Shown here in pieces: positions 8,583 to 17,571 of a stretch of DNA of 32,881 nucleotides. Numbering within the stretch: position 1 is the stretch's first letter; each line of letters opens with the position of its first letter. Both the position numbers and the translations under genes were made by a program. The stretch lies in IMG/VR virus record IMGVR_UViG_2579778650_000028; one strand, given 5' to 3'. The DNA comes from a virus. Taxonomy: Duplodnaviria; Heunggongvirae; Uroviricota; Caudoviricetes. Under the pieces are notes generated by a model that ran no database searches, was not told the origin of the DNA, and saw only the letters and a list, made by a program, of their open reading frames with translations.

Positions 8583-9143
8583 ATGCCTGAGTTTTCCCCT
8601 GCATTCCTTCATTCGCTGAATTTCGTTATACGCCCTGATGTTGAAGGTGGCTATGTTAATGATCCTGCCGACCGTGGCGGCGAAACGAAATACGGTATTT
8701 CTGACCGTCGCGACGGCGTTATTGATGGCAAAACCGATGTTAACGGTGACGGAAAACCTGATACCCGCATTAAGGATTTAACCCGCGAGCAGGCGGCGCA
8801 GATCTACTGGCGTGATTACTGGCTGGCGGCAAAGTGTAACGAATGGCCTGATGGCGTTTCCTTATTCGTTTTTGATGCTGCCGTTCAGCACGGTGTTAAA
8901 CGCGCGATTCAGATCCTCCAGGCGGCAGCAGGTGTTGATGATGATGGCATCGTCGGTAAAAACACACGCGCAGCCGTTCTGCGTGCCGATACTGACTGGC
9001 TGCTGTTGCAGTGCTTCCTGCGTCGTTCCCGCTATTACGCAGGGATTATCAAATCCAGTGCCTCGCAGGGGAAATATCTGAATGGCTGGTTTAACCGTCT
9101 GGATCTGCTCGCCAGCGCCTGTCGGGAGGTTCTGCATGGGTAA
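8583..9143 (+). CDS. GH108-family muramidase-like protein with C-terminal peptidoglycan-binding domain, 186 aa
   Basis: N-terminal EGGYVNDPADRGGETKYGI motif typical of glycoside hydrolase family 108, and DDGIVGKNTRAAV typical of the PG_binding_3 domain; strong AGGAGG RBS. Confidence 0.75.
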   Translation: MPEFSPAFLHSLNFVIRPDVEGGYVNDPADRGGETKYGISDRRDGVIDGKTDVNGDGKPDTRIKDLTREQAAQIYWRDYWLAAKCNEWPDGVSLFVFDAAVQHGVKRAIQILQAAAGVDDDGIVGKNTRAAVLRADTDWLLLQCFLRRSRYYAGIIKSSASQGKYLNGWFNRLDLLASACREVLHG

Positions 9144-9366
9144 AGGGTGGGATGCGTCCTTTCAGTTCGGCAGGCGTGAACGTTTACGACAGGAGGTATT
9201 ACATCGGGAGGCCGGAGGCCCACCACCAAAGCCAATGGATTACACAGGGCACGATGGCACCCACGGCAGTTATTACATGAAAGGCTGGCAGTCAGTTGAT
9301 ATGCCGGAAATTCTTCACCACTGTCAACGTTATAAGGAAAAATATTGTGTACAGAAAATTCAGTGA
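9136..9366 (+). CDS. hypothetical small protein, about 77 aa, overlapping the muramidase gene end
   Basis: ATG at 9136 overlaps the upstream stop by 8 nt, with GGGAGG 7 nt upstream. Confidence 0.4.
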   Translation: MGKGWDASFQFGRRERLRQEVLHREAGGPPPKPMDYTGHDGTHGSYYMKGWQSVDMPEILHHCQRYKEKYCVQKIQ

Positions 9367-9466
9367 TGAATGTTTCGGGCCGTCCACGCTGATTAATGCG
9401 ATAAAAGTGATTGCCCTTGTGGTTCTGATAACCATCAGTGCCGTGGTGTATCTTTTTGTCTGTTAA
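9347..9466 (+). CDS. candidate 39-aa micro-protein with C-terminal transmembrane helix
   Basis: GTG start with AAGGA 8 nt upstream; hydrophobic stretch VIALVVLITISAVVYLFV; ends 12 nt before the C gene start. Confidence 0.3.
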   Translation: MYRKFSDECFGPSTLINAIKVIALVVLITISAVVYLFVC

Positions 9467-9478
9467 CCGGGGGAAAAT

Positions 9479-9901
9479 ATGCAGCATGATTTATTTGAAC
9501 ACGATCCGGCAATTCGCCAGTTAATCGGACATATTGATAACATCCCGGCCCCGGAACTGGAATCACGCTGGCCCCGTTCGGTGGTTGATCTGATTGATGT
9601 TCTGGAAAACGAACTGAAACGCCAGAACGTCAGCAATCCCCGTGAACTTGCCCGTAAACAGGCCGTTGCCCTGTCCTGTTTTCTGGGTGGACGGCAGTTT
9701 TACATCCCCTGCGGCGATACGATCCTGACCGCGTTACGCGACGATTTGCTTTACTGCCAGTTTAATGGTCGTAACATGGAAGAACTGCGTCGCCAGTACC
9801 GCCTGTCCCAGCCGCAGATCTACCAGATTATTGCCCGCCAGAGAAAGCTGCATACACGACGTCATCAGCCTGATCTGTTCTCACCTGAAAGCCCAAAATA
9901 A
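9479..9901 (+). CDS. C: C, late transcription activator (Mor/C family), 140 aa
   Basis: 140 aa; paralogous to Mor; sits directly upstream of the lysis genes as in Mu. Confidence 0.85.
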   Translation: MQHDLFEHDPAIRQLIGHIDNIPAPELESRWPRSVVDLIDVLENELKRQNVSNPRELARKQAVALSCFLGGRQFYIPCGDTILTALRDDLLYCQFNGRNMEELRRQYRLSQPQIYQIIARQRKLHTRRHQPDLFSPESPK

Positions 9902-9992
9902 CCGGCATCCTGCCGGTTATTTCCTGTCACCATAATCCCGCACCTGCCACCTGATTTTTTAGACTGCCATCAGAGCATTTTTTCAGGGAAGC
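9902..9992 (+). promoter_or_regulatory. C-lys intergenic region: terminator-like hairpin (9902..9916) and candidate C-dependent late promoter Plys
   Basis: Hairpin CCGGCA-TCC-TGCCGG right after the C stop. Downstream contains TTAT...ATAA, reminiscent of C-binding dyads at Mu late promoters, though spacing does not match the mom site as I recall it. Confidence 0.35.
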
Positions 9993-10511
9993 ATGATGGC
10001 GGGGATACCAAAAAAACTGAAAGCCACACTGCTGGCTGTAACGATTGCCGGTGGCGGTGTGGGTGGTTATCAGGAAATGACCCGTCAGTCTCTGATCCAC
10101 CTGGAAAATATCGCTTATATGCCTTACCGCGATATTGGCGGTGTGCTTTCGGTCTGTGTGGGGCATACCGGGCCGGATATCGAAATGCGCCGTTACAGCC
10201 ATGCGGAGTGTATGGCTCTCCTCGACAGTGATTTAAAACCGGTTTATGCGGCAATCGATCGTCTTGTCAGGGTGCCGCTGACGCCATATCAGAAAACGGC
10301 GCTGGCAACGTTTATTTTCAACACCGGTGTTACCGCATTCAGTAAATCAACGCTGCTGAAAAAACTCAATGCCGGTGATTACGCCGGAGCGCGTGACCAG
10401 ATGGCCCGCTGGGTGTTTGCCGCAGGCCATAAATGGAAAGGACTGATGAACCGTCGCGAAGTGGAAATGGCTATCTGGAATATCAGGGGGGCGGATGACC
10501 TTCGCCAGTAA
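9993..10511 (+). CDS. lys: SAR endolysin (lambda R / T4 lysozyme-like muramidase with signal-anchor-release domain), 172 aa
   Basis: N-terminal weakly hydrophobic Gly-rich SAR segment KKLKATLLAVTIAGGGVGG, then a lysozyme-like domain; position after C. Confidence 0.9.
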   Translation: MMAGIPKKLKATLLAVTIAGGGVGGYQEMTRQSLIHLENIAYMPYRDIGGVLSVCVGHTGPDIEMRRYSHAECMALLDSDLKPVYAAIDRLVRVPLTPYQKTALATFIFNTGVTAFSKSTLLKKLNAGDYAGARDQMARWVFAAGHKWKGLMNRREVEMAIWNIRGADDLRQ

Positions 10512-10881
10512 AAGTTTACTGCTGGCAGCCGTGTTTGCCGCCGTTTTGTCCGGGGTGTTGTGGCACAGGCTGGACAGCACCCGCCACGATAACCAGACGC
10601 TGCGCCGTGAATTACAGACGGAGCAACAGGCCCGCAACACGGCTGAATGGTTGTTACACGGTCAGGAACAGACGATGCAGGTATTTTCCGCTATCCGTGC
10701 CGCAAATCGTGCCGCGCGGCTGGCAGACGAGACAGAACATCATGATGCAAAACAAAAAATTACAACCGCCATTACCGGTGACAATTGCAGCACTCGTCCT
10801 GTGCCTGCCGTTGCTGCTGACAGGTTGCGGGAACTCGAAAAACGCACCCGTGCCATCGGTGGTGATCCTGCCCGAAACTGA
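10495..10881 (+). CDS. inner-membrane spanin (Rz-like), 128 aa
   Basis: N-terminal TM helix (LLLAAVFAAVLSGVLW) followed by a charged, likely coiled-coil periplasmic region; overlaps the lys 3' end. Confidence 0.6.
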   Translation: MTFASKSLLLAAVFAAVLSGVLWHRLDSTRHDNQTLRRELQTEQQARNTAEWLLHGQEQTMQVFSAIRAANRAARLADETEHHDAKQKITTAITGDNCSTRPVPAVAADRLRELEKRTRAIGGDPARN

Positions 10882-11083
10882 TGCAGAACTGACGGAAGCA
10901 ACGCCCGTTCCGCCCATGCCACAGCCCCTGACGTGGGGAGCATCCCTTCTCTGGAATGCTGACCTGTTGATGGCGCTCGGGCAGTGCAACCGCGACAAGG
11001 CATCAGTCCGGGAACAGGAGACCCGAAGGAAAGAAATTTATGAACGAAGACCAGAACCGGGCGGTGGCGCTGCTGCTCGCTGA
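10742..11083 (+). CDS. outer-membrane lipoprotein spanin (Rz1-like), embedded in a shifted frame within Rz
   Basis: Lipoprotein signal with lipobox LLTGC and a Pro-rich mature region; starts inside Rz and runs past its stop. Confidence 0.5.
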   Translation: MMQNKKLQPPLPVTIAALVLCLPLLLTGCGNSKNAPVPSVVILPETDAELTEATPVPPMPQPLTWGASLLWNADLLMALGQCNRDKASVREQETRRKEIYERRPEPGGGAAAR

Positions 11084-11234
11084 ACTCTGGCAGGGGGATA
11101 CCCGTGATATTCCCCGCCCGGCGGCGTATGACCCGCCTGTATTGTGTCCCGGTTGCGGTCGTGAGCTGCGGCCTGATGTGCTGAGACAGCAGCCGATGGC
11201 GAACTACTGCCACTGGTGCCGTGGAGCAGAATAA
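11040..11234 (+). CDS. small zinc-ribbon protein, 64 aa
   Basis: CPGCG...CHWC motifs; co-oriented; overlaps neighbours at both ends. Confidence 0.4.
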   Translation: MNEDQNRAVALLLAELWQGDTRDIPRPAAYDPPVLCPGCGRELRPDVLRQQPMANYCHWCRGAE

Positions 11235-11533
11235 TGGATTTGATTTCAGTTTTAGCGTTATGGCCTTACCTGTTGCCTGTTGTGGCCGGTGGGGCCGTCT
11301 GGGCAATGCGTCGTAGTTTTGCCAGCACTGAGCGTGTGGAGCGTCTTGAAAACCGGATGACCGAAATGGAAACCCGCTACGCCAGCATCCCTGGCACAGA
11401 AGATGTACACGAAATGCGCCTGCGAATTGCAGAGCTGTCCGGCGATATCCGGGTGCTGTCCCAGCGGGTGCAGTCATTTTCCCATCAACTGGAGCTGCTG
11501 CTTGAAAACGCAGTAAACCGGAGTAATTCATGA
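11234..11533 (+). CDS. releasin-like membrane protein (Mu gp25 position), about 99 aa
   Basis: ATG at 11234 overlaps the upstream stop; N-terminal TM segment (LISVLALWPYLLPVVAGGAVWA) then a coiled-coil-like region. Track ORF starts at GTG 11216. Confidence 0.55.
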   Translation: MDLISVLALWPYLLPVVAGGAVWAMRRSFASTERVERLENRMTEMETRYASIPGTEDVHEMRLRIAELSGDIRVLSQRVQSFSHQLELLLENAVNRSNS

Positions 11534-11820
11534 TTAACGATATTCTGACCGAAGACCGTCGTCTGGTCATCCTGCGTTCCCTGATGGACTGCAATAACGA
11601 AGCAAACGAATCCATCCTTCAGGACTGTCTGGATGCATACGGACACAACGTTTCCCGCGATGTGGTTCGCGGCCAGATTGACTGGCTGGCAGAGCAGCAA
11701 CTGGTCACCGTGGAAAACCTGCGCGGCTTTTATGTCGTAACGCTGACCTCCCGAGGTCAGGATGTGGCGGAAGGTCGTGCCCGCGTTGCCGGTGTCAAGC
11801 GTCCTCGTCCCCGTGCATGA
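11530..11820 (+). CDS. hypothetical protein (Mu gp26 position), 96 aa
   Basis: ATG overlaps the upstream stop; conserved position before the terminase genes. Confidence 0.5.
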   Translation: MINDILTEDRRLVILRSLMDCNNEANESILQDCLDAYGHNVSRDVVRGQIDWLAEQQLVTVENLRGFYVVTLTSRGQDVAEGRARVAGVKRPRPRA

Positions 11821-12407
11821 CAGGAGGCGTGATGGACAGGAAAACACGGGGCCGGGCTTCAAAAGTGGATTTACTGCCGGAAAACGTACGTAAAACGCTG
11901 CATGAAATGCTGCGTGATAAAGCGATCCCACAGGCCCGCATTCTGGAAGAAATTAACGCACTGATTGAAGACGCTGGCCTGCCGGATGAGATGAAACTCT
12001 CCCGTTCCGGTCTGAACCGTTACGCGACGAACGTCGAGCAGGTAGGCCATAACCTGCGACAGATGCGTGAAATGACGTCAGCACTGACCGCAGAACTTGG
12101 CGACAAGCCAATGGGAGAAACCACAAAGCTGATTCTGGAAATGGCCCGCAGCCAGCTTTTTAAGGCCATGATGCGGCAAATCGAAAACCCGGAATCTGAC
12201 GTGGATATTGACCTGCTGAAAAATGCCATGCTGGCGGCACAGCGTCTGGAATCCACGGCAATGTCCAGCCACCGGCGCGAGAAAGAAATCCGCCAGGCAT
12301 TCGCAGAAGAAGAGGCAAACGCCGTCAGTGAAGAACTGCGCGGGCAGGATGGCATCAGCGAAGAGCTGGAGCAGCGTATCCGTGATGTGCTGCTGGGTAA
12401 GGCATGA
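11817..12407 (+). CDS. D: probable terminase small subunit / DNA-recognition protein (Mu gp27), 196 aa
   Basis: Position immediately upstream of the large terminase gene. Alternative start at ATG 11832, 4 nt after AGGAGG. Confidence 0.6.
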   Translation: MTGGVMDRKTRGRASKVDLLPENVRKTLHEMLRDKAIPQARILEEINALIEDAGLPDEMKLSRSGLNRYATNVEQVGHNLRQMREMTSALTAELGDKPMGETTKLILEMARSQLFKAMMRQIENPESDVDIDLLKNAMLAAQRLESTAMSSHRREKEIRQAFAEEEANAVSEELRGQDGISEELEQRIRDVLLGKA

Positions 12408-12414
12408 GAGGGTT

Positions 12415-14070
12415 ATGAACACCAGAGAAAACAATCTTAAAGCCCTTCATGCCCCCCGAAAAATCGACCTGCGTAAGGAAGCCGAACTGCTGGGCGTGAA
12501 TATCGTTACCGATATCGGGGAAGCACAGCCCCGCAATGAACCGGTTTTTCTGGGTTATCAGCGCCGCTGGTTTGAGGATGAAAGCCAGATTTGTATTGCT
12601 GAAAAATCCCGTCGTACCGGTCTGACATGGGCCGAAGCGGGCCGCAATGTCATGACGGCAGCAAAGCCGCGTCGCCGTGGCGGTCGCAACGTTTTTTATG
12701 TGGGTTCCCGTCAGGAAATGGCGCTGGAATACATTGCCGCCTGTGCCCTGTTTGCCCGCGCCTTTAACCAACTGGCAAAGGCTGACGTATGGGAGCAGAC
12801 CTTCTGGGACAGCGACAAAAAAGAAGAAATCCTCACTTATATGATCCGTTTCCCTAACAGCGGATTTAAGGTGCAGGCGCTGTCAAGCCGTCCGTCTAAC
12901 CTGCGTGGTTTGCAGGGAGACGTGGTGATTGATGAGGCGGCATTTCATGAAGCCCTGGACGAACTCCTGAAAGCGGCTTTTGCTCTCACCATGTGGGGTG
13001 CCCGCGTGCGGATCATATCGACACATAACGGCGTCGATAACCTGTTTAACCAGTACATTCAGGATGCGCGCGAGGGGCGCAAGGATTACAGCGTTCACCG
13101 CATCACGCTGGATGATGCCATCGCTGACGGGTTGTACCGACGTATCTGTTACGTCACGAATCAGCCGTGGTCGCCGGAAGCGGAAAAAGCCTGGCGTGAT
13201 GGCCTGTACCGGAATGCGCCGAATAAAGAGAGTGCCGACGAGGAATACGGCTGCATTCCCAAAAAATCCGGGGGCGCTTATCTGTCACGCGTGCTGATTG
13301 AAGCCGCCATGACGCCAGTGCGGGATATCCCGATTCTGCGTTTTGAAGCCCCGGACGATTTTGAATCGCTGACACCACAAATGCGCCACGGCATCGTTCA
13401 GGACTGGTGTGAACAGGAGCTGCTCCCGTTGCTCGATGCGCTGTCGCCGCTCAATAAACACGTACTGGGCGAAGACTTTGCACGCCGTGGCGACCTGACG
13501 GTGTTTGTGCCGCTTGCCATCACTCCTGACTTACGCAAACGCGAATGTTTCCGCGTGGAGCTGCGTAATGTGACCTATGACCAGCAGCGACAAATCCTTT
13601 TATTCATTCTGTCCCGTTTGCCCCGTTTTACCGGCGCTGCATTTGATGCCACCGGTAACGGCGGTTATCTGGCAGAAGCCGCCCGTCTGATTTATGGCCC
13701 GGAGATGATCGACTGTGTGAATCTGACCGCATCCTGGTATCAGGAGTGGATGCCGAAACTGAAAGGCGAGTTTGAAGCGCAGAACATCACGATTGCCCGG
13801 CACCAGACCACACTTGATGACCTGCTCCACATCAAGGTGGACAAAGGTATTCCGCAGATTGATAAGGGGCGCACAAAAGACGAAGGCGGTAAAGGCCGAC
13901 GACATGGCGACTTTGCCGTGGCGCTCTGTATGGCTGTCAGGGCGTCTTATATGAATGGTTTTGTTATCGACGAGGACAGCATACAGGCGCTGCCACCACG
14001 CCACCGTGGTGATGGTGTTGATAACGATGATTTTGATGATTATCACCAGTTTGAACGAGGGGGCTGGTAA
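12415..14070 (+). CDS. E: terminase large subunit (Mu gp28), about 551 aa
   Basis: Large ORF at the head of the late morphogenesis block, with acidic nuclease-like motifs (VVIDEAAFHE). Start is uncertain: ATG 12415 follows the gp27 stop, and an in-frame ATG at 12385 is possible. Confidence 0.85.
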   Translation: MNTRENNLKALHAPRKIDLRKEAELLGVNIVTDIGEAQPRNEPVFLGYQRRWFEDESQICIAEKSRRTGLTWAEAGRNVMTAAKPRRRGGRNVFYVGSRQEMALEYIAACALFARAFNQLAKADVWEQTFWDSDKKEEILTYMIRFPNSGFKVQALSSRPSNLRGLQGDVVIDEAAFHEALDELLKAAFALTMWGARVRIISTHNGVDNLFNQYIQDAREGRKDYSVHRITLDDAIADGLYRRICYVTNQPWSPEAEKAWRDGLYRNAPNKESADEEYGCIPKKSGGAYLSRVLIEAAMTPVRDIPILRFEAPDDFESLTPQMRHGIVQDWCEQELLPLLDALSPLNKHVLGEDFARRGDLTVFVPLAITPDLRKRECFRVELRNVTYDQQRQILLFILSRLPRFTGAAFDATGNGGYLAEAARLIYGPEMIDCVNLTASWYQEWMPKLKGEFEAQNITIARHQTTLDDLLHIKVDKGIPQIDKGRTKDEGGKGRRHGDFAVALCMAVRASYMNGFVIDEDSIQALPPRHRGDGVDNDDFDDYHQFERGGW

Positions 14071-15608
14071 TGGGCCGTATTCTGGATATTTCCGGGCAGC
14101 CGTTTGATTTTGACGATGAAATGCAGACCCGCAGCGATGAGCTGGCAATGGTCATGAAGCGTACGCAGGAGCATCCTTCCAGTGGTGTGACGCCGAACCG
14201 GGCCGCGCAGATGCTGCGTGATGCCGAACGCGGTGATCTGACAGCACAGGCTGACCTGGCCTTTGATATGGAAGAAAAGGACACCCACCTTTTTTCCGAA
14301 CTGAGCAAACGCCGCCTTGCCATTCAGGCGCTGGAATGGCGCATCGCTCCGGCACGTGATGCCAGCGCACAGGAGAAAAAAGACGCTGACATGCTGAATG
14401 AATATCTGCATGATGCGGCGTGGTTTGAAGATGCCCTGTTTGATGCCGGTGATGCCATTCTCAAGGGCTATTCCATGCAGGAGATTGAATGGGGCTGGCT
14501 GGGGAAAATGCGCGTGCCGGTGGCGCTGCATCATCGCGATCCGGCGCTGTTCTGCGCGAACCCCGACAATCTGAACGAATTACACCTGCGTGATGCGTCT
14601 TATCACGGGCTGGAGCTGCAACCGTTCGGCTGGTTTATGCACCGGGCCAAATCCCGCACCGGGTATGTCGGCACCAATGGCCTTGTGCGCACGCTTATCT
14701 GGCCTTTTATTTTTAAAAACTATTCCGTGCGTGATTTTGCAGAGTTTCTGGAAATTTACGGACTCCCCATGCGCGTCGGTAAATATCCGACCGGCTCCAC
14801 GAACCGCGAGAAAGCCACGCTGATGCAGGCCGTGATGGATATCGGGCGACGTGCCGGTGGCATTATTCCGATGGGGATGACGCTGGATTTTCAGAGCGCC
14901 GCAGATGGTCAGTCAGACCCCTTTATGGCGATGATTGGCTGGGCAGAAAAAGCGATTTCAAAAGCCATTCTGGGCGGCACCCTGACCACAGAGGCTGGCG
15001 ATAAAGGCGCACGGTCGCTGGGTGAAGTGCATGATGAGGTTCGCCGGGAAATCCGTAACGCGGATGTGGGCCAGCTTGCCCGCAGTATTAACCGTGATCT
15101 GATTTATCCCCTGCTGGCACTGAACAGTGACAGCACCATTGATATTAACCGCCTGCCGGGCATTGTGTTTGATACCAGTGAAGCGGGTGATATTACGGCA
15201 CTGTCTGACGCCATTCCGAAACTGGCGGCGGGAATGCGTATTCCGGTCTCCTGGATACAGGAAAAACTCCATATTCCACAGCCGGTCGGTGACGAAGCCG
15301 TGTTTACTGCTCAACCGGTTGTCCCGGATAACGGTCCGCAGAAAGAAGCCGCATTATCCGCTGATGATATCCCGCAGGAGGATGATGTCGACCGGATGGG
15401 CGTTTCACCGGAAGACTGGCAGCGTTCGGTTGATCCCCTGCTGAAACCCGTCATTTTTTCTGTGCTGAAAGATGGCCCGGAAGCCGCCATGAACAAAGCC
15501 GCTTCATTATATCCGCAGATGGATGATGCAGAACTTATCGACATGCTGACCCGTGCCATTTTTGTTGCCGATATATGGGGGCGTCTGGATGCCGCAGCAG
15601 ACCATTGA
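14070..15608 (+). CDS. H: portal protein (Mu gp29), 512 aa
   Basis: Start overlaps the terminase stop (TAATG); size and position typical of the Mu-family portal. Confidence 0.85.
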   Translation: MGRILDISGQPFDFDDEMQTRSDELAMVMKRTQEHPSSGVTPNRAAQMLRDAERGDLTAQADLAFDMEEKDTHLFSELSKRRLAIQALEWRIAPARDASAQEKKDADMLNEYLHDAAWFEDALFDAGDAILKGYSMQEIEWGWLGKMRVPVALHHRDPALFCANPDNLNELHLRDASYHGLELQPFGWFMHRAKSRTGYVGTNGLVRTLIWPFIFKNYSVRDFAEFLEIYGLPMRVGKYPTGSTNREKATLMQAVMDIGRRAGGIIPMGMTLDFQSAADGQSDPFMAMIGWAEKAISKAILGGTLTTEAGDKGARSLGEVHDEVRREIRNADVGQLARSINRDLIYPLLALNSDSTIDINRLPGIVFDTSEAGDITALSDAIPKLAAGMRIPVSWIQEKLHIPQPVGDEAVFTAQPVVPDNGPQKEAALSADDIPQEDDVDRMGVSPEDWQRSVDPLLKPVIFSVLKDGPEAAMNKAASLYPQMDDAELIDMLTRAIFVADIWGRLDAAADH

Positions 15609-16908
15609 TCTGGCGTATGCCGCACGCCTCCCGCCAAAGGAGGCTGTCGCGTATTTCCGCGCCAAAGGCTACAACATCACCTGGAACTGGTACGAACAAC
15701 TGGCAGACGCGCACGCCCGCGCCTTTACCGTTGCCAAAGCCACCCGGATGGATGTCCTGACCACAATCCGTGAGGAAGTGGAGCGGGCTGTCAGTGAAGG
15801 CATCACCCGTGAGGAATTTACCCGCACACTGGCCCCCCGGCTGCAAAAACTCGGATGGTGGGGAAAACAAATCATCGTGGATGCAGAGGGAAACGCAAAG
15901 GTAATCGAGCTGGGCAGTCCGCGTCGTCTGGCAACCATTTATAACGTCAATACCCGTACGGCGTATGGGGCAGGACGTTATGCGCAGATGATGAATACCG
16001 CAGATTTGTATCCATACTGGCAGTACGTTGCCGTTATGGATGGCAGAACACGCCCGGAACATGCGCGGCTGCACAATATGGTTTTCAGGTATGACGACAT
16101 TTTCTGGCAGACGCATTACCCGCCCAATGGCTGGAACTGCCGCTGTCGCGTCCGGGCGGTGTCTGCGGCCCGCATGAAAGAACTGGGGCTACAGGTCAGT
16201 TATGGTGCGTCATTCATGAATACCCGCGAAGTGGACGCCGGTATGGATGAAAGCACCGGAGAGATTTTCCGCACATCGTCAACCACGTTTGACAACGGTC
16301 GGGTAAAAATGACGCCGGATGTGGGCTGGTCATATAACCCGGGTTCGGCGGCGTTTGGTACGGATCAGGCACTGATTCGAAAACTGGTGGAAATTCGCGA
16401 CGCGCAGTTGCGTGAGCAGGTTGTTCAGACGCTGAATAACAGCCGGGAGCGTCAGCTTGCTTTTTCCCTCTGGCTTAAACGCCTGGCAGGATCACGTCAG
16501 ACCGCTCATGAAATCCGGGCACTGGGTTTTATGACGGAATCGGTAGCTGAAGCCGTACATCAGCGCACCGGGAATATGCCAGCCCGTCTGCTTGTGATGA
16601 ACGGGAAAAGTCTGGCGACCACTGCTGATGCCGCCCTGAAACCGGAAGATTTACAGCGTCTGCCGTCGCTGATGGCAAAACCACAGGCAGTATTGTGGGA
16701 CAGGGAGAACCACCAGTTGCTGTATGTTGTGGCAACCCGTGACGGCATGGCCCGGATTGTAGTCAGAACATCACAGACAGTCGGCAGGCAGAATGACCGT
16801 GCGGATGTGCTGGTCAGTATCAGCCGCGTATCTGCACAGTCGCTTGAAGCCGCGATTGCTGACGGGATGATTGACGTACTGGAGGGGCATGTGGAGGTGA
16901 ATAAGTGA
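15589..16908 (+). CDS. F: virion morphogenesis protein F (Mu gp30 family), about 439 aa
   Basis: Follows portal. ATG 15589 has a G-rich RBS 8 nt upstream; track ORF starts at GTG 15553. Confidence 0.8.
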   Translation: MPQQTIDLAYAARLPPKEAVAYFRAKGYNITWNWYEQLADAHARAFTVAKATRMDVLTTIREEVERAVSEGITREEFTRTLAPRLQKLGWWGKQIIVDAEGNAKVIELGSPRRLATIYNVNTRTAYGAGRYAQMMNTADLYPYWQYVAVMDGRTRPEHARLHNMVFRYDDIFWQTHYPPNGWNCRCRVRAVSAARMKELGLQVSYGASFMNTREVDAGMDESTGEIFRTSSTTFDNGRVKMTPDVGWSYNPGSAAFGTDQALIRKLVEIRDAQLREQVVQTLNNSRERQLAFSLWLKRLAGSRQTAHEIRALGFMTESVAEAVHQRTGNMPARLLVMNGKSLATTADAALKPEDLQRLPSLMAKPQAVLWDRENHQLLYVVATRDGMARIVVRTSQTVGRQNDRADVLVSISRVSAQSLEAAIADGMIDVLEGHVEVNK

Positions 16909-17375
16909 GTCTTGATATGAACGTTGCCGTGGATGTGCGACGTATTCAGCTTGCACTGGATGAACTGGGAACCGTTACACGTGACCGCGCCATTCCCCGT
17001 GTGATGGCTGCGGCGCTGCTGTCATCCACGGAACAGGCATTTGAACGGCAGGCAGACCCGGATACAGGGAAAGGCTGGGAAGCGTGGAGCGATTCGTGGC
17101 AGGCATGGCGTCAGGATCATGGTTTTGTTCCGGGCAGTATCCTTACCCTGCATGGCGATCTGGCACGCAGCATTACCACCGATTATGGACAGGATTATGC
17201 CCTGATTGGTTCGCCAAAAATTTATGCTGCCATCCATCAGTGGGGCGGTACACCCGATATGGCACCCCGCCCGGCAGGCGTTCCTGCGCGTCCTTATATG
17301 GGGCTGGATAAGACCGGGGAACAGGAAATTTTTGATGCCATCAGAAAACGCGTCAGCGCCGCTCTGAGGCAATAA
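16905..17375 (+). CDS. G: virion morphogenesis protein G (Mu gp31), 156 aa
   Basis: 156 aa matches Mu G length; GTG start overlapping the F stop. Confidence 0.75.
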   Translation: MSLDMNVAVDVRRIQLALDELGTVTRDRAIPRVMAAALLSSTEQAFERQADPDTGKGWEAWSDSWQAWRQDHGFVPGSILTLHGDLARSITTDYGQDYALIGSPKIYAAIHQWGGTPDMAPRPAGVPARPYMGLDKTGEQEIFDAIRKRVSAALRQ

Positions 17376-17571
17376 ACGGAATCAGACATGAAATCAGCCG
17401 CACAGATTTTTTAAAACGCGCCACGGGATTTTTAAACCGGTATTTAACGGTGTATGAATCCCGTTTTATCTTCCTTCCACTTTCTTTCTCCAGTACTCAA
17501 ATAGCATAACCCCAGATTTTCCCGCACCTCCCGCAAACTGACTGCTCACAAACCATGATGAGCAGCAGGAC
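17376..17571. promoter_or_regulatory. G-I intergenic region: expected site of the late promoter P_I and of the central strong gyrase site (SGS)
   Basis: 196-bp ORF-free gap near the middle of the phage genome, between G and I. Mu carries its SGS and the C-dependent P_I promoter in this interval. Assigned by position; no motif verified. Confidence 0.5.

Noticed and set aside
9082-9366. 94-aa track ORF start at 9082
   Set aside because: Its first 18 codons overlap the muramidase gene; the in-frame ATG at 9136 with an RBS is the likelier start.
10740-11615. 291-aa minus-strand ORF
   Set aside because: Antisense to the spanin/gp24/gp25 genes, which have RBSs and conserved order; no RBS; likely a chance open frame in GC-rich DNA.
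12223-12414. N-terminal extension of the terminase ORF (track start 12223)
   Set aside because: Would overlap the last 185 nt of the upstream gene in another frame; ATG 12415 (or 12385) is the more plausible start.
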